Origin: Minisyncoccota bacterium
Lineage (GTDB): Bacteria; Patescibacteriota; Minisyncoccia; Phycocordibacterales; WO2-35-19
Assembly (NCBI GenBank): GCA_041664625.1
Contig: JBAYKK010000005.1
Coordinates: forward strand, 1-56,792
Reading direction: 5' to 3'
Length of the DNA stretch: 56,792 nt
A model generated the notes under the pieces. It was not told where the DNA came from. It worked only from the letters and a program-made list of their open reading frames with translations, and did not search any database. Of this stretch, positions 44,764 through 54,254 are shown piece by piece. The position numbers were made by a program, and so were the translations under genes. Positions within the stretch are counted from its first letter, which is position 1, and every line of letters starts with the position of its first letter.

Positions 44764-46116
44764 ATGTTTAAAATTTTAAAAAAAATAATACCCAAATCGG
44801 TTTTCCAATTTTTCCAACCAACTTACCATTACCTATTGGCTTTTTTGGGAGCTTTGATTTATCGCTTCCCCGCTCAAAAACTCATAGTGATCGGTGTGAC
44901 CGGCACCAAAGGCAAGACAACCACCGTAGAATTAGTTAATGCTATTTTGGAATCAACTGGATACAAAACCGCCCTCCAAAGCACTTTGCGTTTTAAAATC
45001 GCAAAAAAAGAAAAGAGGAACTTATTTAAAATGAGTATGCCAGGCCGATTTTTCATGCAAAAATTTTTGCGTGATGCCGTTACCGCCGGCTGTAGCCACG
45101 CCATCATAGAGATGACTAGTGAAGGTGCTAAGCAATTCAGACACAAATTTATTCACCCAGACGCTCTGATTTTTACCAATCTGGCGCCCGAACACATCGA
45201 ATCACACGGCTCTTATGAAAAATATTTGCAAGCCAAACTTTCTATTGCCAGAGAACTTGAGAGCCCAAAGAAAAAGTTCATGAAAAAAGTCTGGCCTGTG
45301 TCAACAAGGAGGTCCGAGGACTTTTTGAAGGAACCTTTTTCTTTGGGCTCCGTCATAATAGCCAACACAGATGACAAAGAAGGCAAAAAGTTTTTGGCTC
45401 TCAATATACAAAACAAAATCCCCTACTCTCTGAATGATGCCATCAACGTCAAAGCCACCGAAAAAGGCTCTTCATTCCAGCTTGGCAAATTGGTTGTGCA
45501 TAGCAAATTGCCAGGTATATTCAATGTCAGCAATATGCTCGGGGCCATAGCTTTGGCAAAATTCATGAACATACCAGATGAAAAAATAAAAAAGGGTCTG
45601 GAAGATATAAACTTCATTAGAGGCCGAATGGAAAAAATAGAAAATAATTTAGACATTGATATCGTAGTCGATTACGCCCACACTCCAGATTCACTTATGG
45701 CAGTTTATGGAACTTACAACAGCCATATGAAAATTGCAGTTTTGGGCAATACTGGTGGTGGCCGAGACACTTGGAAAAGAAAAGTGATGGGCGAAATCGC
45801 CGACAAATATTGCGACCAAATTATTTTAACCAACGAAGACCCTTACGATGAAGACCCTAGAAAAATCATAGAAGATGTAAAAGTTGGCATCACAAAAAAA
45901 CAGGTAGAAATAATTATAGACAGGCGCGAAGCTATCGCTACAGCCATCAAAAAAGCTCTAACCATAAAAAAAGAAAGTGGCGACAAATACAAAGTAGCAG
46001 TGCTCATAACCGGCAAAGGCACTGACCCATATATAATGGAGGCTGGTGGCAAAAAAACTCCTTGGGACGATGCCGAGGTTGCAAGAGAAGAACTCCAAAC
46101 TATTTTAAATAAATAA
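44764..46116 (+). CDS. murE: MurE-type Mur ligase
   Basis: GVTGTKGKTTT, EMTSEG, FTNLAPEHIE.H, GRME, VDYAHTPD, TNEDP..EDP, GKG. Confidence 0.9.
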   Translation: MFKILKKIIPKSVFQFFQPTYHYLLAFLGALIYRFPAQKLIVIGVTGTKGKTTTVELVNAILESTGYKTALQSTLRFKIAKKEKRNLFKMSMPGRFFMQKFLRDAVTAGCSHAIIEMTSEGAKQFRHKFIHPDALIFTNLAPEHIESHGSYEKYLQAKLSIARELESPKKKFMKKVWPVSTRRSEDFLKEPFSLGSVIIANTDDKEGKKFLALNIQNKIPYSLNDAINVKATEKGSSFQLGKLVVHSKLPGIFNVSNMLGAIALAKFMNIPDEKIKKGLEDINFIRGRMEKIENNLDIDIVVDYAHTPDSLMAVYGTYNSHMKIAVLGNTGGGRDTWKRKVMGEIADKYCDQIILTNEDPYDEDPRKIIEDVKVGITKKQVEIIIDRREAIATAIKKALTIKKESGDKYKVAVLITGKGTDPYIMEAGGKKTPWDDAEVAREELQTILNK

Positions 46117-46119
46117 AAA

Positions 46120-46986
46120 ATGCCAGAGCTGCCAGAAGTACATACCACCGTTGAAGGTTTGAAGGGAGTAATAGTAGGCAAAACCATAAAATCAGTGTGG
46201 TCTGATTTTTATGTAGGCGCTAGATATAACAGTGGGCAAAATATCAAAAACAAAAAGTATTTTGAAAATTTCAAGAAGATAGTTACTGATACAAAAATAA
46301 AAAATGTAGAAAGGAGGGGTAAAAATATTTTAATAAATTTAAATAATGACTACACAATCATAGTGCATATGAAAATGACAGGGTGCCTAATGTACAAAAA
46401 AGATTACTCTGACGAAAAATATATACATCTTATTTTCACCCTTTCAAATAATCACTTTTTATTACTTTCTGATATGCGCAAATTTGCTTCGGTAACTATT
46501 TCTAAAACCAATGAAATCCATTTGCATCAAACAGTAGGCAAACTCGGCCCCGACCCATTGGACCCCAAATTAAATGCTCAAAAACTTTTTGAAATTTTAC
46601 ACGATAAAAAAAGAACTCCCATCAAAACAGCTCTGCTTGATCAAAATGCTCTGGCTGGTATCGGCAATATTTATTCTGATGAAATACTTTGGCTTACGGC
46701 TATCCATCCCCTCTCGAGAGCCGACAAGATTCCCCAAAATAAATTCGGGAAAATTTTTAAAGCGATGCAACAAATTTTAAGATTCTCCATCAAACATGGT
46801 GGCGATTCCAAATCAGATTATCGCAATGCTTTTGGCGAAAAAGGTGGTTTCCAAAATTTCCACAAAGTTTACAGTAACAAAGGCCAAAAATGTTCAAAAA
46901 CAAACTGTTCGGGTATAATAGAGCGGACGGTGATCGGTGGCAGAAGCACTCATTTTTGCCCCAAACACCAAATCAAATATAAATAA
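46120..46986 (+). CDS. mutM: Formamidopyrimidine-DNA glycosylase
   Basis: MPELPEV, RRGK, HMKMTG, GIGNIYSDE, Zn finger C..C...C..HQ. Confidence 0.97.
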   Translation: MPELPEVHTTVEGLKGVIVGKTIKSVWSDFYVGARYNSGQNIKNKKYFENFKKIVTDTKIKNVERRGKNILINLNNDYTIIVHMKMTGCLMYKKDYSDEKYIHLIFTLSNNHFLLLSDMRKFASVTISKTNEIHLHQTVGKLGPDPLDPKLNAQKLFEILHDKKRTPIKTALLDQNALAGIGNIYSDEILWLTAIHPLSRADKIPQNKFGKIFKAMQQILRFSIKHGGDSKSDYRNAFGEKGGFQNFHKVYSNKGQKCSKTNCSGIIERTVIGGRSTHFCPKHQIKYK

Positions 46987-46987
46987 A

Positions 46988-47911
46988 ATGAAAGAACCAT
47001 TGCTTATATTATTAGTTTTATTTGTTTTAGTTGGCTTGGCCTATAGTCCCCTCAAAAAAGCTAACCTCAACAAACCCTCAAGTTCTCAAAATACTTCAAC
47101 CATCGGCACAAAAGAAAATCTAGGTAGTACTCCAAATAAAGAAGTTGCGGAAAGCATTAAAAAAACAGAAGCAGAAATAAAAAAAATAGAAAAAAACGTA
47201 AGCAAAGAAAACGCAAACCTCAATCGCTCTCCATATTATGGCAAAATCCGAATGTCTAGCATCTCAGGACTTCGCGGTAACGACCCCAATCAAGAATACC
47301 TAAATCTTTCAGTCAATATTAAAAAAGATGAGACCATAAAAATAACAGGTTGGTATTTGAAAAGTGCAATTACTGGTTACTATGCGATTATCGGCAGAGC
47401 ATCTTTGTTGCCTTTCCCTTTTACCAAGACCGAGAGCGATGTAGTCTTGCAGCAAAACGATAGAGTAATTTTGACCAAAGGTTTCTCTCCTATTGGCGTA
47501 TCTTTCCGTACCAACAAATGTACAGGTTATTTTGAAGAGAATCGCACATTTACTCCCAACTTGCCTTTACAGTGTCCATTACCTAAAAGTGAAAAATTAC
47601 CAAATTTTTCTAGCGTTTATGATCGCAATGATGAATGCCTAACTATCATAGAAAGGATCGGGCGTTGCACTACCAAAGACAGCGAATTCATAAGAGAATT
47701 ACCAGACACAGTTCCCTCGTCTTGCAAAAACTACATAACCACTCAGATAAATTATAATACCTGCGTAGCTAAACATTTTAGTGATACTGACTTTCCTGGT
47801 AACGAGTACCGTATTTTCTTAAATAAATTTGGGCCACTTTGGCGCACCTCTCACGACACTATAAACCTACATGACGAAAACGGTTTGATTGTAGGTACTA
47901 TTACGTATTAA
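46988..47911 (+). CDS. Secreted/membrane hypothetical protein, lamin-tail-like, Cys-rich
   Basis: N-terminal TM, EYLNL...I.ITGWYLKS, DTINLHDENG; ATG 46988. Confidence 0.75.
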   Translation: MKEPLLILLVLFVLVGLAYSPLKKANLNKPSSSQNTSTIGTKENLGSTPNKEVAESIKKTEAEIKKIEKNVSKENANLNRSPYYGKIRMSSISGLRGNDPNQEYLNLSVNIKKDETIKITGWYLKSAITGYYAIIGRASLLPFPFTKTESDVVLQQNDRVILTKGFSPIGVSFRTNKCTGYFEENRTFTPNLPLQCPLPKSEKLPNFSSVYDRNDECLTIIERIGRCTTKDSEFIRELPDTVPSSCKNYITTQINYNTCVAKHFSDTDFPGNEYRIFLNKFGPLWRTSHDTINLHDENGLIVGTITY

Positions 47912-48426
47912 ACTAACGAATACAAAACCACGCCGGCACAGACCGCGACGTTGAGAGATTCTTTTTGGCCCAACATCGGCAATTGCGCCACCACATCACA
48001 AATTTTTAAATCTTCTTTCGAGAGTCCCTCTACTTCATTACCGAAAACCAACACCAGATTTTCAGTTTTTAAATCTTTTATTTTTTTGTAGTCAATCGCT
48101 TCACTATCTTGTTCGATGCCCACAACCAAGCAGTCTGAAAAATAATCTTGGGAGCGAGATTTGCTAGGCAACTGGGAGCGGACAAGATTATTTTTCAGAC
48201 TGCTTATCGCTTCTTCCAAACTCTCAACTTTTTCCCATTCTATATTTTTCTCTGCGCCCAATGAGGCTTTGGTCAAGCCTTTGTTTTCTCTACCAAACCT
48301 ATCAACCGGCGTCGGAGTATAACCTACCAAAATAATTTTGGTGACACCAACAGCATCGCAAGTACGGAAAATAGAGCCGACGTTTTCGTTGCTCCTTATG
48401 TTATTCAATATGACAACCTTTTGCAT
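47908..48426 (-). CDS. TrmH/SpoU RNA methyltransferase
   Basis: NIRSNENVGSIFRT, LVFGNEVEG, KESLNVAV. Confidence 0.93.
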   Translation of the reverse strand: MQKVVILNNIRSNENVGSIFRTCDAVGVTKIILVGYTPTPVDRFGRENKGLTKASLGAEKNIEWEKVESLEEAISSLKNNLVRSQLPSKSRSQDYFSDCLVVGIEQDSEAIDYKKIKDLKTENLVLVFGNEVEGLSKEDLKICDVVAQLPMLGQKESLNVAVCAGVVLYSLV

Positions 48427-48444
48427 AATTGCTATACTACACTT

Positions 48445-48849
48445 ATGTTAAATACATTTCCAGATTTACTTACATATTCCCTACTCTCGCCTTTTATATT
48501 ACGAGTAGTGATAGGGCTTATATTTGTAGACCTCGGCGTGCTTTTGTTTAAAGGTGAAAAAGCGAGATGGCTCACTTCACTTTCTGTCCTCAAAGTTCCA
48601 AGACCAGAAATGGCAATCAAAGTATTTGGGGTTATTGAAGTAGTAGGTGGCGCGATGCTTATCTTGGGATTTTATACTCAAATGACTGCTTTGATTTTGG
48701 CATTATTCACTTTTGCTGAAAGTTATATCGAATATAAAGAGCCGGGCATCTTGAAAAGAAATTTAGTTTTTTATGTAATGCTCCTAGCTATTTTGATTTC
48801 TTTGCTCTTATCTGGTGCCGGCGCTTTTGCTATCGATTTGCCGTTGTGA
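48445..48849 (+). CDS. DoxX family membrane protein
   Basis: ILRVVIGLIF...IEVVGGAMLILGFYT...GAGAFAID. Confidence 0.9.
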   Translation: MLNTFPDLLTYSLLSPFILRVVIGLIFVDLGVLLFKGEKARWLTSLSVLKVPRPEMAIKVFGVIEVVGGAMLILGFYTQMTALILALFTFAESYIEYKEPGILKRNLVFYVMLLAILISLLLSGAGAFAIDLPL

Positions 48850-48883
48850 GTTTTTATGTTATATTTTCTTATGTTTGTGCAAT

Positions 48884-48956
48884 GCGCCCATAGCTCAGTC
48901 GGTAGAGCAGTTGCCTTTTAAGCAAATGGTCGTAGGTTCGATTCCTACTGGGCGCA
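48884..48956 (+). tRNA. tRNA-Lys(TTT)
   Basis: GCGCCCA/TGGGCGC acceptor, loop CT-TTT-AA, GGTTCGATTCC. Confidence 0.95.
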
Positions 48957-48976
48957 CACGACAAAAAATCCCAAAC

Positions 48977-49027
48977 AAAAACCCCGCGCTTATTGTATGC
49001 CTTGGCATAATGACGCGGGATTTTTTA
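48977..49027 (+). terminator. Hairpin terminator after tRNA-Lys
   Basis: CCCGCG..TTAT..ATGCC-TT-GGCAT..AATGACGCGGG followed by T-run. Confidence 0.6.
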
Positions 49028-49212
49028 TTGAGTTGTGTTTATTTAATTTCCTATGTTTTACGCCCTACCGGGCGGGGCCCTAGAAAGAAAAAGGTTTTTA
49101 GAAAATGTTGTTTTTTGCATAACTTTATGTTAATTGCTAATACACCCAATATGACATCTGCGTAGAGCTGATAGTTACGTTTGTAACAGTTTTGCTATAA
49201 TAACAGTCATAT

Positions 49213-49755
49213 ATGGATATGAGCGACGAGGAGATATTAAAACTTTCATACAAGAAACCTCACTATTTTGGCGAGCTGTTCAATCGACACGACCAAAGAT
49301 TTTTGGCTATTGCTAAAAAAACTTTAAGATCAACGGATGACGCTGAAGATGTGGTCCAAAACACTTTCATCAAGATTTATAAGTATGGTCGCAAGTTTTC
49401 AGAGAATGGTGGTAAATTTAAGCCTTGGGCCAATACCATACTTAGGAATTGCTTGGCCGATCAAATCAATAAATACAAGAACGCAACGTTAACTATGAAC
49501 GAGGATTTAGAAAACAATATGCCCGACGAAACTGTTTTGGATAAAAATTTTGGCAATGTTGGTTATGTACAATTTATTTTAAACAAAATAGACAAGACGG
49601 CAGCGGAAATAATAAATTTAAGATATATGCTAGGTAAATCATTCAAAGAAATTGCCAAAATATTAAATATAAAAAGCAGTACGGCTAGAGTAAGGGTCTA
49701 TAGATCTAAAAAGATATTTGCCCAAGCTTACCGTCAATTTGATATCAATATATGA
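49213..49755 (+). CDS. ECF-type RNA polymerase sigma factor
   Basis: DDAEDVVQNTFIKIY, FKPW..TI.RN, SFKEIAKIL....TARVRVYRSK. Confidence 0.93.
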   Translation: MDMSDEEILKLSYKKPHYFGELFNRHDQRFLAIAKKTLRSTDDAEDVVQNTFIKIYKYGRKFSENGGKFKPWANTILRNCLADQINKYKNATLTMNEDLENNMPDETVLDKNFGNVGYVQFILNKIDKTAAEIINLRYMLGKSFKEIAKILNIKSSTARVRVYRSKKIFAQAYRQFDINI

Positions 49756-50111
49756 TCATGAAAAATAAAAATTTAAAAAGAAAAATAATGGCCCGTATTT
49801 ATCTGCAATACACCAAAAACACTTTCTTGGAGTATCCAGATTATTTTATGTTGGCTTTATTTTTAGCTATTTCTTTTGTCTTGGTCTCTATTAGTGATGT
49901 TTTGAGTAATCTACCCAAAGATAGTTTCCCCCATGCTTTTAATTTTCTAATTATTGCCCTGAGAAACACCAGTTTGGTATTACAAATACTAATAGTTGGT
50001 TTTTTTGTGAGAGTGGCAGTAAGTGTAGCTCTGTTTACTTACAAAAACAGGAGTGCCTTTTCCAAAGCTATATCCAATTCATTACCACTTTCCATCCGAC
50101 TGCGATGGTAG
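49752..50111 (+). CDS. Membrane protein coupled to the ECF sigma (possible anti-sigma)
   Basis: ATGA overlap with the sigma gene; two TMs. Confidence 0.65.
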   Translation: MIMKNKNLKRKIMARIYLQYTKNTFLEYPDYFMLALFLAISFVLVSISDVLSNLPKDSFPHAFNFLIIALRNTSLVLQILIVGFFVRVAVSVALFTYKNRSAFSKAISNSLPLSIRLRW

Positions 50112-50479
50112 GCTTCTATTAGCTTCGTATAAAAAATCTTAAGGTCTTCTGGTTGCCAATTTTTTAAATCTTTTTTGGATTTGTTGTATGGGTAATCACT
50201 TTTGATGCCCAAATCTTCTTTGCTTGCTCCCAAATCAATCAGGGTCATGTCTTTGACTTTGCTTATTATTTTATGGATCAACTCTTCGGCTTCTATGCCT
50301 GAAAATCTTAGTTTTTCATATTCAATCCACGCTTTTTTAGCGCTCTTCTCCCCTATCGCATCTTGCAGAGCAAACGGGCTATATTCATACACCCGTTCTT
50401 TTTTTGGTTTCTTTTCATCCCCTTCTACTTCCGGAGTCTGACTAAAAATCTTTTCGTATTCTTTAAATAAATTATCCAT
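50039..50479 (-). CDS. DNA polymerase III delta (HolA) C-terminal-like protein
   Basis: FALQDAIGEK..KKAW..Y...PYNKSK...LEKALL. Confidence 0.65.
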   Translation of the reverse strand: MDNLFKEYEKIFSQTPEVEGDEKKPKKERVYEYSPFALQDAIGEKSAKKAWIEYEKLRFSGIEAEELIHKIISKVKDMTLIDLGASKEDLGIKSDYPYNKSKKDLKNWQPEDLKIFYTKLIEAYHRSRMESGNELDIALEKALLFL

Positions 50480-50482
50480 ATT

Positions 50483-52879
50483 TTATTTCAACTCACCCCA
50501 ATTTTGGCCACTTGAGGTATTGACCACTAGCGGCACACCAGAGCTTTGCTCCAAAGTCATCACATTTTCCATAATTTTTTTGGCCTCCAAGCCAAAACTT
50601 GCCAATACTTCATCTTTAACTTCATAAATCAATTCATCGTGGATCTGCATCAGGAGATGTACTGAGTCTGCAAGATTATTGGTTTTTATAAAATCATCAA
50701 TTTTTTTCATAGCGATTTTGATAATATCGGCCGAAGTGCCTTGAATCGGTGCATTTATAGCCATGCGTTCGGCTGCTGCTTTTATAAAAGGTAAACGAGA
50801 TTTGAGACCTTCAAAATATCTACGTCGACCAAAAAAAGTTTTGGTATAACCATTTTTGGTAGCTTCTATTTTGGCATTATCCAAATATTTGGCTAAACCG
50901 GCAAAATTTTCAAAATAGGCATTGATGAATTTTTGAGCAATTTGGCGATCGGTGCCAATGTTGGCTTGCAAAGCAGTCACACCCATACCATAAAGTATCC
51001 CGAAGTTTATGATCTTGGCCTGTCTCCTCATTTCTTTGGTCACCTCCTCTTCAGAAACTTTAAAAACTTCCATCGCTACCGCAGTATGGATATCCTGACC
51101 ATTTTTAAATATTTCTATCATTTTTTTATCTTGGGCCAAAAATGCGGCGATACGTAATTCGATCTGCGAATAATCCAAAGCGAAAAGTTGACTACCGCGA
51201 GGTGCAAAAAAAGCTTTCCTGATCACTTTACCTCTTTCGCTACCGATGGGTATATTTTGTAAATTGGGACTTTCGGAAGACATCCGCCCGGTCGCTGCCC
51301 CAGTCTGCACGAACCTCGCATGCAGACGCGAGTTTTCATCGAGCGCTTTAGGGATCGGCTCTATGTAAGTAGAAATAATTTTTGAAAGTTCTCGATATTC
51401 CAAAATCAAAGGGATAATTGGGTGTAAATCTTTCATTTTTTGCAATTCTGATTCTTTGGTAGATTTGGCCCCACCAGCGGTCTTTTTTTGATTCTTAACC
51501 GAAAGACCCAACTTATCAAACAAAACTTCTCCCAACTGCTTAGGCGAGGCTACGTTGAACTCGACACCAGCTTCTTGCCAAATGTTTTTTTCTAAATCTT
51601 TAAGGATTTTGGAGTAATCATCACCCAAATTTTCCAAAAACTTTTTGTCTACCGAAATCCCATATTTTTGAGTTTCCATCAAAATAGGTATCAAGGGTTT
51701 TTCTATATCTTCAAAAATCGACTGGCTCTCTCTTTTTTTAAGTTCAGCAAAAACTATTTTTTTAGCTTCATCAAAATCTTCAGTCCCAGCAAAATTAAAT
51801 AAATCTTCTGGTTTAGGATTGGTTATGTTTGAATCCGCTACCCAAAGAGCGATCAGAGTTTCTTGCAAATCTTTGTCGTCTATTTTTTGTTTATTTTCAA
51901 TTTTTTCTTCTTTGATTGTTTCTTTACCTCCTTCTAATACACTTTTCAATCTCGCCCCCATATTTCTAAATTCCAATTTAGCAAAAAGGTTTTCAGCCAC
52001 TTTCAAATCCAAACCTTCTCGCCACTTTTGACTTGGCAAAACGAAATCAATTGGCGCATCCCGCCTGATAGTGGCCAACATTTTACTAAACTTGGCTTCT
52101 TCTTCGTTTTTCTCCAATAATTCCAAAATTCTTGGTTTTATTTTTTTTCGGATTTCGGATTTCGGATTTCGGATTTGCTTGTAAAGCTCTTCAATAGTGC
52201 CAAAATTTTTAATCAGATCAGTAGCACTTTTTTCGCCTATCCCAGCGACACCGATTATATTATCCGAAGGATCGCCTCTCAAACCTTTGAAATCAACTAG
52301 GAATTTGGGTTCAAAATCAAACCTTTCCAACACCGCTTTTTCATCATACAAAATAGTTTCTTTGATACCCTTTTTTAAAGTATAAACTTTGACACTGCCA
52401 TTATTTTTACCGCCATCAGAAACCAATTGCATGGTATCCATATCGCCAGAAGCGATCACAATATCAATAGGAATTTTCAATTTTAAATTTTCAATTTTAA
52501 ATTTCTCCACAATAGTACCCAACATATCGTCAGCTTCAAAACCTTCAAGAGAATAAATAGGGATATTCAAAACTTCACAAATTTGTTTGGATTTTTCCAA
52601 TTGCAAAGAGAGTTCATCGTCAGTTTTTTTGCGACCAGCTTTGTAGCCTTCATAAACTTCATGTCGATAAGTAGGTTTGGGCAAGTCATAGCAGGCCACG
52701 ATATAATCCGGTTTCAAATCAGTCGCTATTTTCAAAATCATCGTAACTAAACCATACAAAGCTCCTGTCGGCTCGCCTCCACTGGTCGCAAAATCCGGCA
52801 AAGCATGATACGCCCGATGAATGATCGCGTGCGCATCAAGCAATACTAATTTTTCTCTATTATTAATTTCCTTTTTCAT
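50483..52879 (-). CDS. polA: DNA polymerase I (5'-3' exonuclease plus polymerase; 3'-5' exonuclease region reduced)
   Basis: LLDAHAIIHRAYHA, FEADD, GDPSDN, GRMSSESPNLQNIP, DYSQIELR, RRQAKIINFGILYG, QIHDEL. Confidence 0.97.
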   Translation of the reverse strand: MKKEINNREKLVLLDAHAIIHRAYHALPDFATSGGEPTGALYGLVTMILKIATDLKPDYIVACYDLPKPTYRHEVYEGYKAGRKKTDDELSLQLEKSKQICEVLNIPIYSLEGFEADDMLGTIVEKFKIENLKLKIPIDIVIASGDMDTMQLVSDGGKNNGSVKVYTLKKGIKETILYDEKAVLERFDFEPKFLVDFKGLRGDPSDNIIGVAGIGEKSATDLIKNFGTIEELYKQIRNPKSEIRKKIKPRILELLEKNEEEAKFSKMLATIRRDAPIDFVLPSQKWREGLDLKVAENLFAKLEFRNMGARLKSVLEGGKETIKEEKIENKQKIDDKDLQETLIALWVADSNITNPKPEDLFNFAGTEDFDEAKKIVFAELKKRESQSIFEDIEKPLIPILMETQKYGISVDKKFLENLGDDYSKILKDLEKNIWQEAGVEFNVASPKQLGEVLFDKLGLSVKNQKKTAGGAKSTKESELQKMKDLHPIIPLILEYRELSKIISTYIEPIPKALDENSRLHARFVQTGAATGRMSSESPNLQNIPIGSERGKVIRKAFFAPRGSQLFALDYSQIELRIAAFLAQDKKMIEIFKNGQDIHTAVAMEVFKVSEEEVTKEMRRQAKIINFGILYGMGVTALQANIGTDRQIAQKFINAYFENFAGLAKYLDNAKIEATKNGYTKTFFGRRRYFEGLKSRLPFIKAAAERMAINAPIQGTSADIIKIAMKKIDDFIKTNNLADSVHLLMQIHDELIYEVKDEVLASFGLEAKKIMENVMTLEQSSGVPLVVNTSSGQNWGELK

Positions 52880-52920
52880 TTATATGAACTAATTTTAGTC
52901 TTTTTTATTAACAAAGCGAC

Positions 52921-52948
52921 TTGACATTTACTTCTATTTTGCTATACT
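52921..52948 (+). promoter_or_regulatory. Strong sigma70 promoter with no downstream ORF
   Basis: TTGACA-N16-TATACT with TG extension. Confidence 0.75.
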
Positions 52949-52954
52949 TTATCT

Positions 52955-53013
52955 GTAAATGCTTTCCTTGTCGAAAGCCCTGAGAAATCCCCTGCAAGGG
53001 GGATTTCGTTTTA
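52955..53013 (+). ncRNA. Candidate ~60-nt two-hairpin small RNA convergent on the toxin gene
   Basis: GCTTTC-CTTGTC-GAAAGC hairpin, then GAAATCCCC-TGCAAG-GGGGATTTC-GTTTTA terminator. Confidence 0.55.
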
Positions 53014-53595
53014 TACAATACTCCCTATTTTTAACTTTATTTCTTTAAGTTCACTATTATCAATTTTACCCATAAATCTTAAAAGCCTTTTCGCGTCAAA
53101 AAGCCTAGCTTGGGACAAAATTAAAACTGAACCGCAAAATGAAACTAGCCTATGGTAATATTTACCATCCTTATTTTTATTTGATGTTAGTGGAACTCCT
53201 AAAAATATATTATTGTTGAATTTTCTTACTATCAAAACAGGCCGTTCAAAATCAGAATGTTTTCCATCCTCTTCATCTCCTATATTTTTGCCTATTGAAC
53301 CAATCCAAACTTCTCTCTTTTGAAAATAAACCCGACCTCTCTTTGAAAGTGCTTTTTTCTTTGTATTCCAATTATCAAAATCTTGATCTACTACTTTTTT
53401 CAAACTAAATCTTATTCCATACTCAATCCCTATTTCTGATTTGGATATGTATTCTTCTGCTTTTTCTATAGCAATCCGAAGTGAATTAAAAATGCCTATA
53501 CTTTGTATTTCTTCATTGGATTCATAATTATTCTCAGATACTTGAAAAATATCCTCCGTTTTCTCTTTTATAAGAATAAAATTATTTGCACTCAT
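53011..53595 (-). CDS. PemK/MazF-family toxin with N-terminal extension
   Basis: REVWIGSIGKNIGDEEDGK...FERPVLIVRKF....LGVPLTS...ILSQARLFDAKRL. Confidence 0.85.
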   Translation of the reverse strand: MSANNFILIKEKTEDIFQVSENNYESNEEIQSIGIFNSLRIAIEKAEEYISKSEIGIEYGIRFSLKKVVDQDFDNWNTKKKALSKRGRVYFQKREVWIGSIGKNIGDEEDGKHSDFERPVLIVRKFNNNIFLGVPLTSNKNKDGKYYHRLVSFCGSVLILSQARLFDAKRLLRFMGKIDNSELKEIKLKIGSIV

Positions 53596-54086
53596 TTTTT
53601 AACATCGTTTATTACAATTTTTCTTTCTGATTCTTTATGTCCATGTTCAAATTTTATCACAATATGAGGTGGCATAATACTTTGGATTTTTTCTGGCCAT
53701 TCTATAAAAATCAGATTTTGAGGATCCGCTATAATTTCTGACCAGCCCAAATTCAACATCTCTCCGGCTGTTTCTATACGATATGCGTCTATATGAATGA
53801 GTTTATGAAATATCTCCTCCTTCTTTCTCCCCTCTCCTTCGCAAGGAGAGGGGTTGGGGGTGAGGTCGTAAATTTTTTCAATAACAAAAGTGGGGCTTTG
53901 AATTATTTCTTCAATACCAAAAGCTTTGGCTAAATATTTCATAAAAGTAGTCTTACCACTCCCCAATTCACCATACAAACCCACCACCGTGGCGCTTTTT
54001 GCCAAATCAGACTTTTCCAAAATAGTCTTAGTAAAGTTGGAGGCGATTTGAGCTGTTTCTTCTGTGCTTTTAGATATAAATTCCAT
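53592..54086 (-). CDS. tsaE: t6A biosynthesis ATPase TsaE with palindromic in-frame insert
   Basis: GELGSGKTTF, QSPTF, HIDAYR, FIEWPE; insert LTPNPSPCEGEGR. Confidence 0.96.
   Translation of the reverse strand: MEFISKSTEETAQIASNFTKTILEKSDLAKSATVVGLYGELGSGKTTFMKYLAKAFGIEEIIQSPTFVIEKIYDLTPNPSPCEGEGRKKEEIFHKLIHIDAYRIETAGEMLNLGWSEIIADPQNLIFIEWPEKIQSIMPPHIVIKFEHGHKESERKIVINDVKK
53829..53869. repeat. CCCCTCTCC-type palindrome inside tsaE
   Basis: 39/41 identical to 971-1011. Confidence 0.9.
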
Positions 54087-54158
54087 CCTGTAGTAGATTT
54101 TGACTATGTTAATTTTTAACCGATTCCGTAAGAATTATAGTCAAAATTCACTACAGGA
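54086..54158 (+). repeat. GTAG-type REP-like palindrome, copy 6 (variant stem)
   Basis: GTAGTAGATTTTGACTAT...ATAGTCAAAATTCACTAC. Confidence 0.85.
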
Positions 54159-54254
54159 TTCCATATATTTATCCTACCATAATATAAAAACAAAAAGCCC
54201 CCGCCGGAGTCTGCCTAAGCAGATCATCCGACGGGGACAAGATCGATACCGATA

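Noticed and set aside
45295-45330. Possible repeat-derived inserts in MurE (PVSTRRSEDF) and TrmH (48150-48185, RSQLPSKSRSQ)
   Set aside because: They look like insertions, but I found no second copy or clean palindrome in the window, so they were not counted in the repeat families.
50483-52879. PolA with reduced proofreading domain
   Set aside because: Loss or degeneration of the 3'-5' exonuclease is common in bacterial PolA, and nothing specific was seen here.
1642-54158. CRISPR interpretation of the repeated palindromes
   Set aside because: Copies are dispersed and in both orientations, with no regular spacers and no cas genes.
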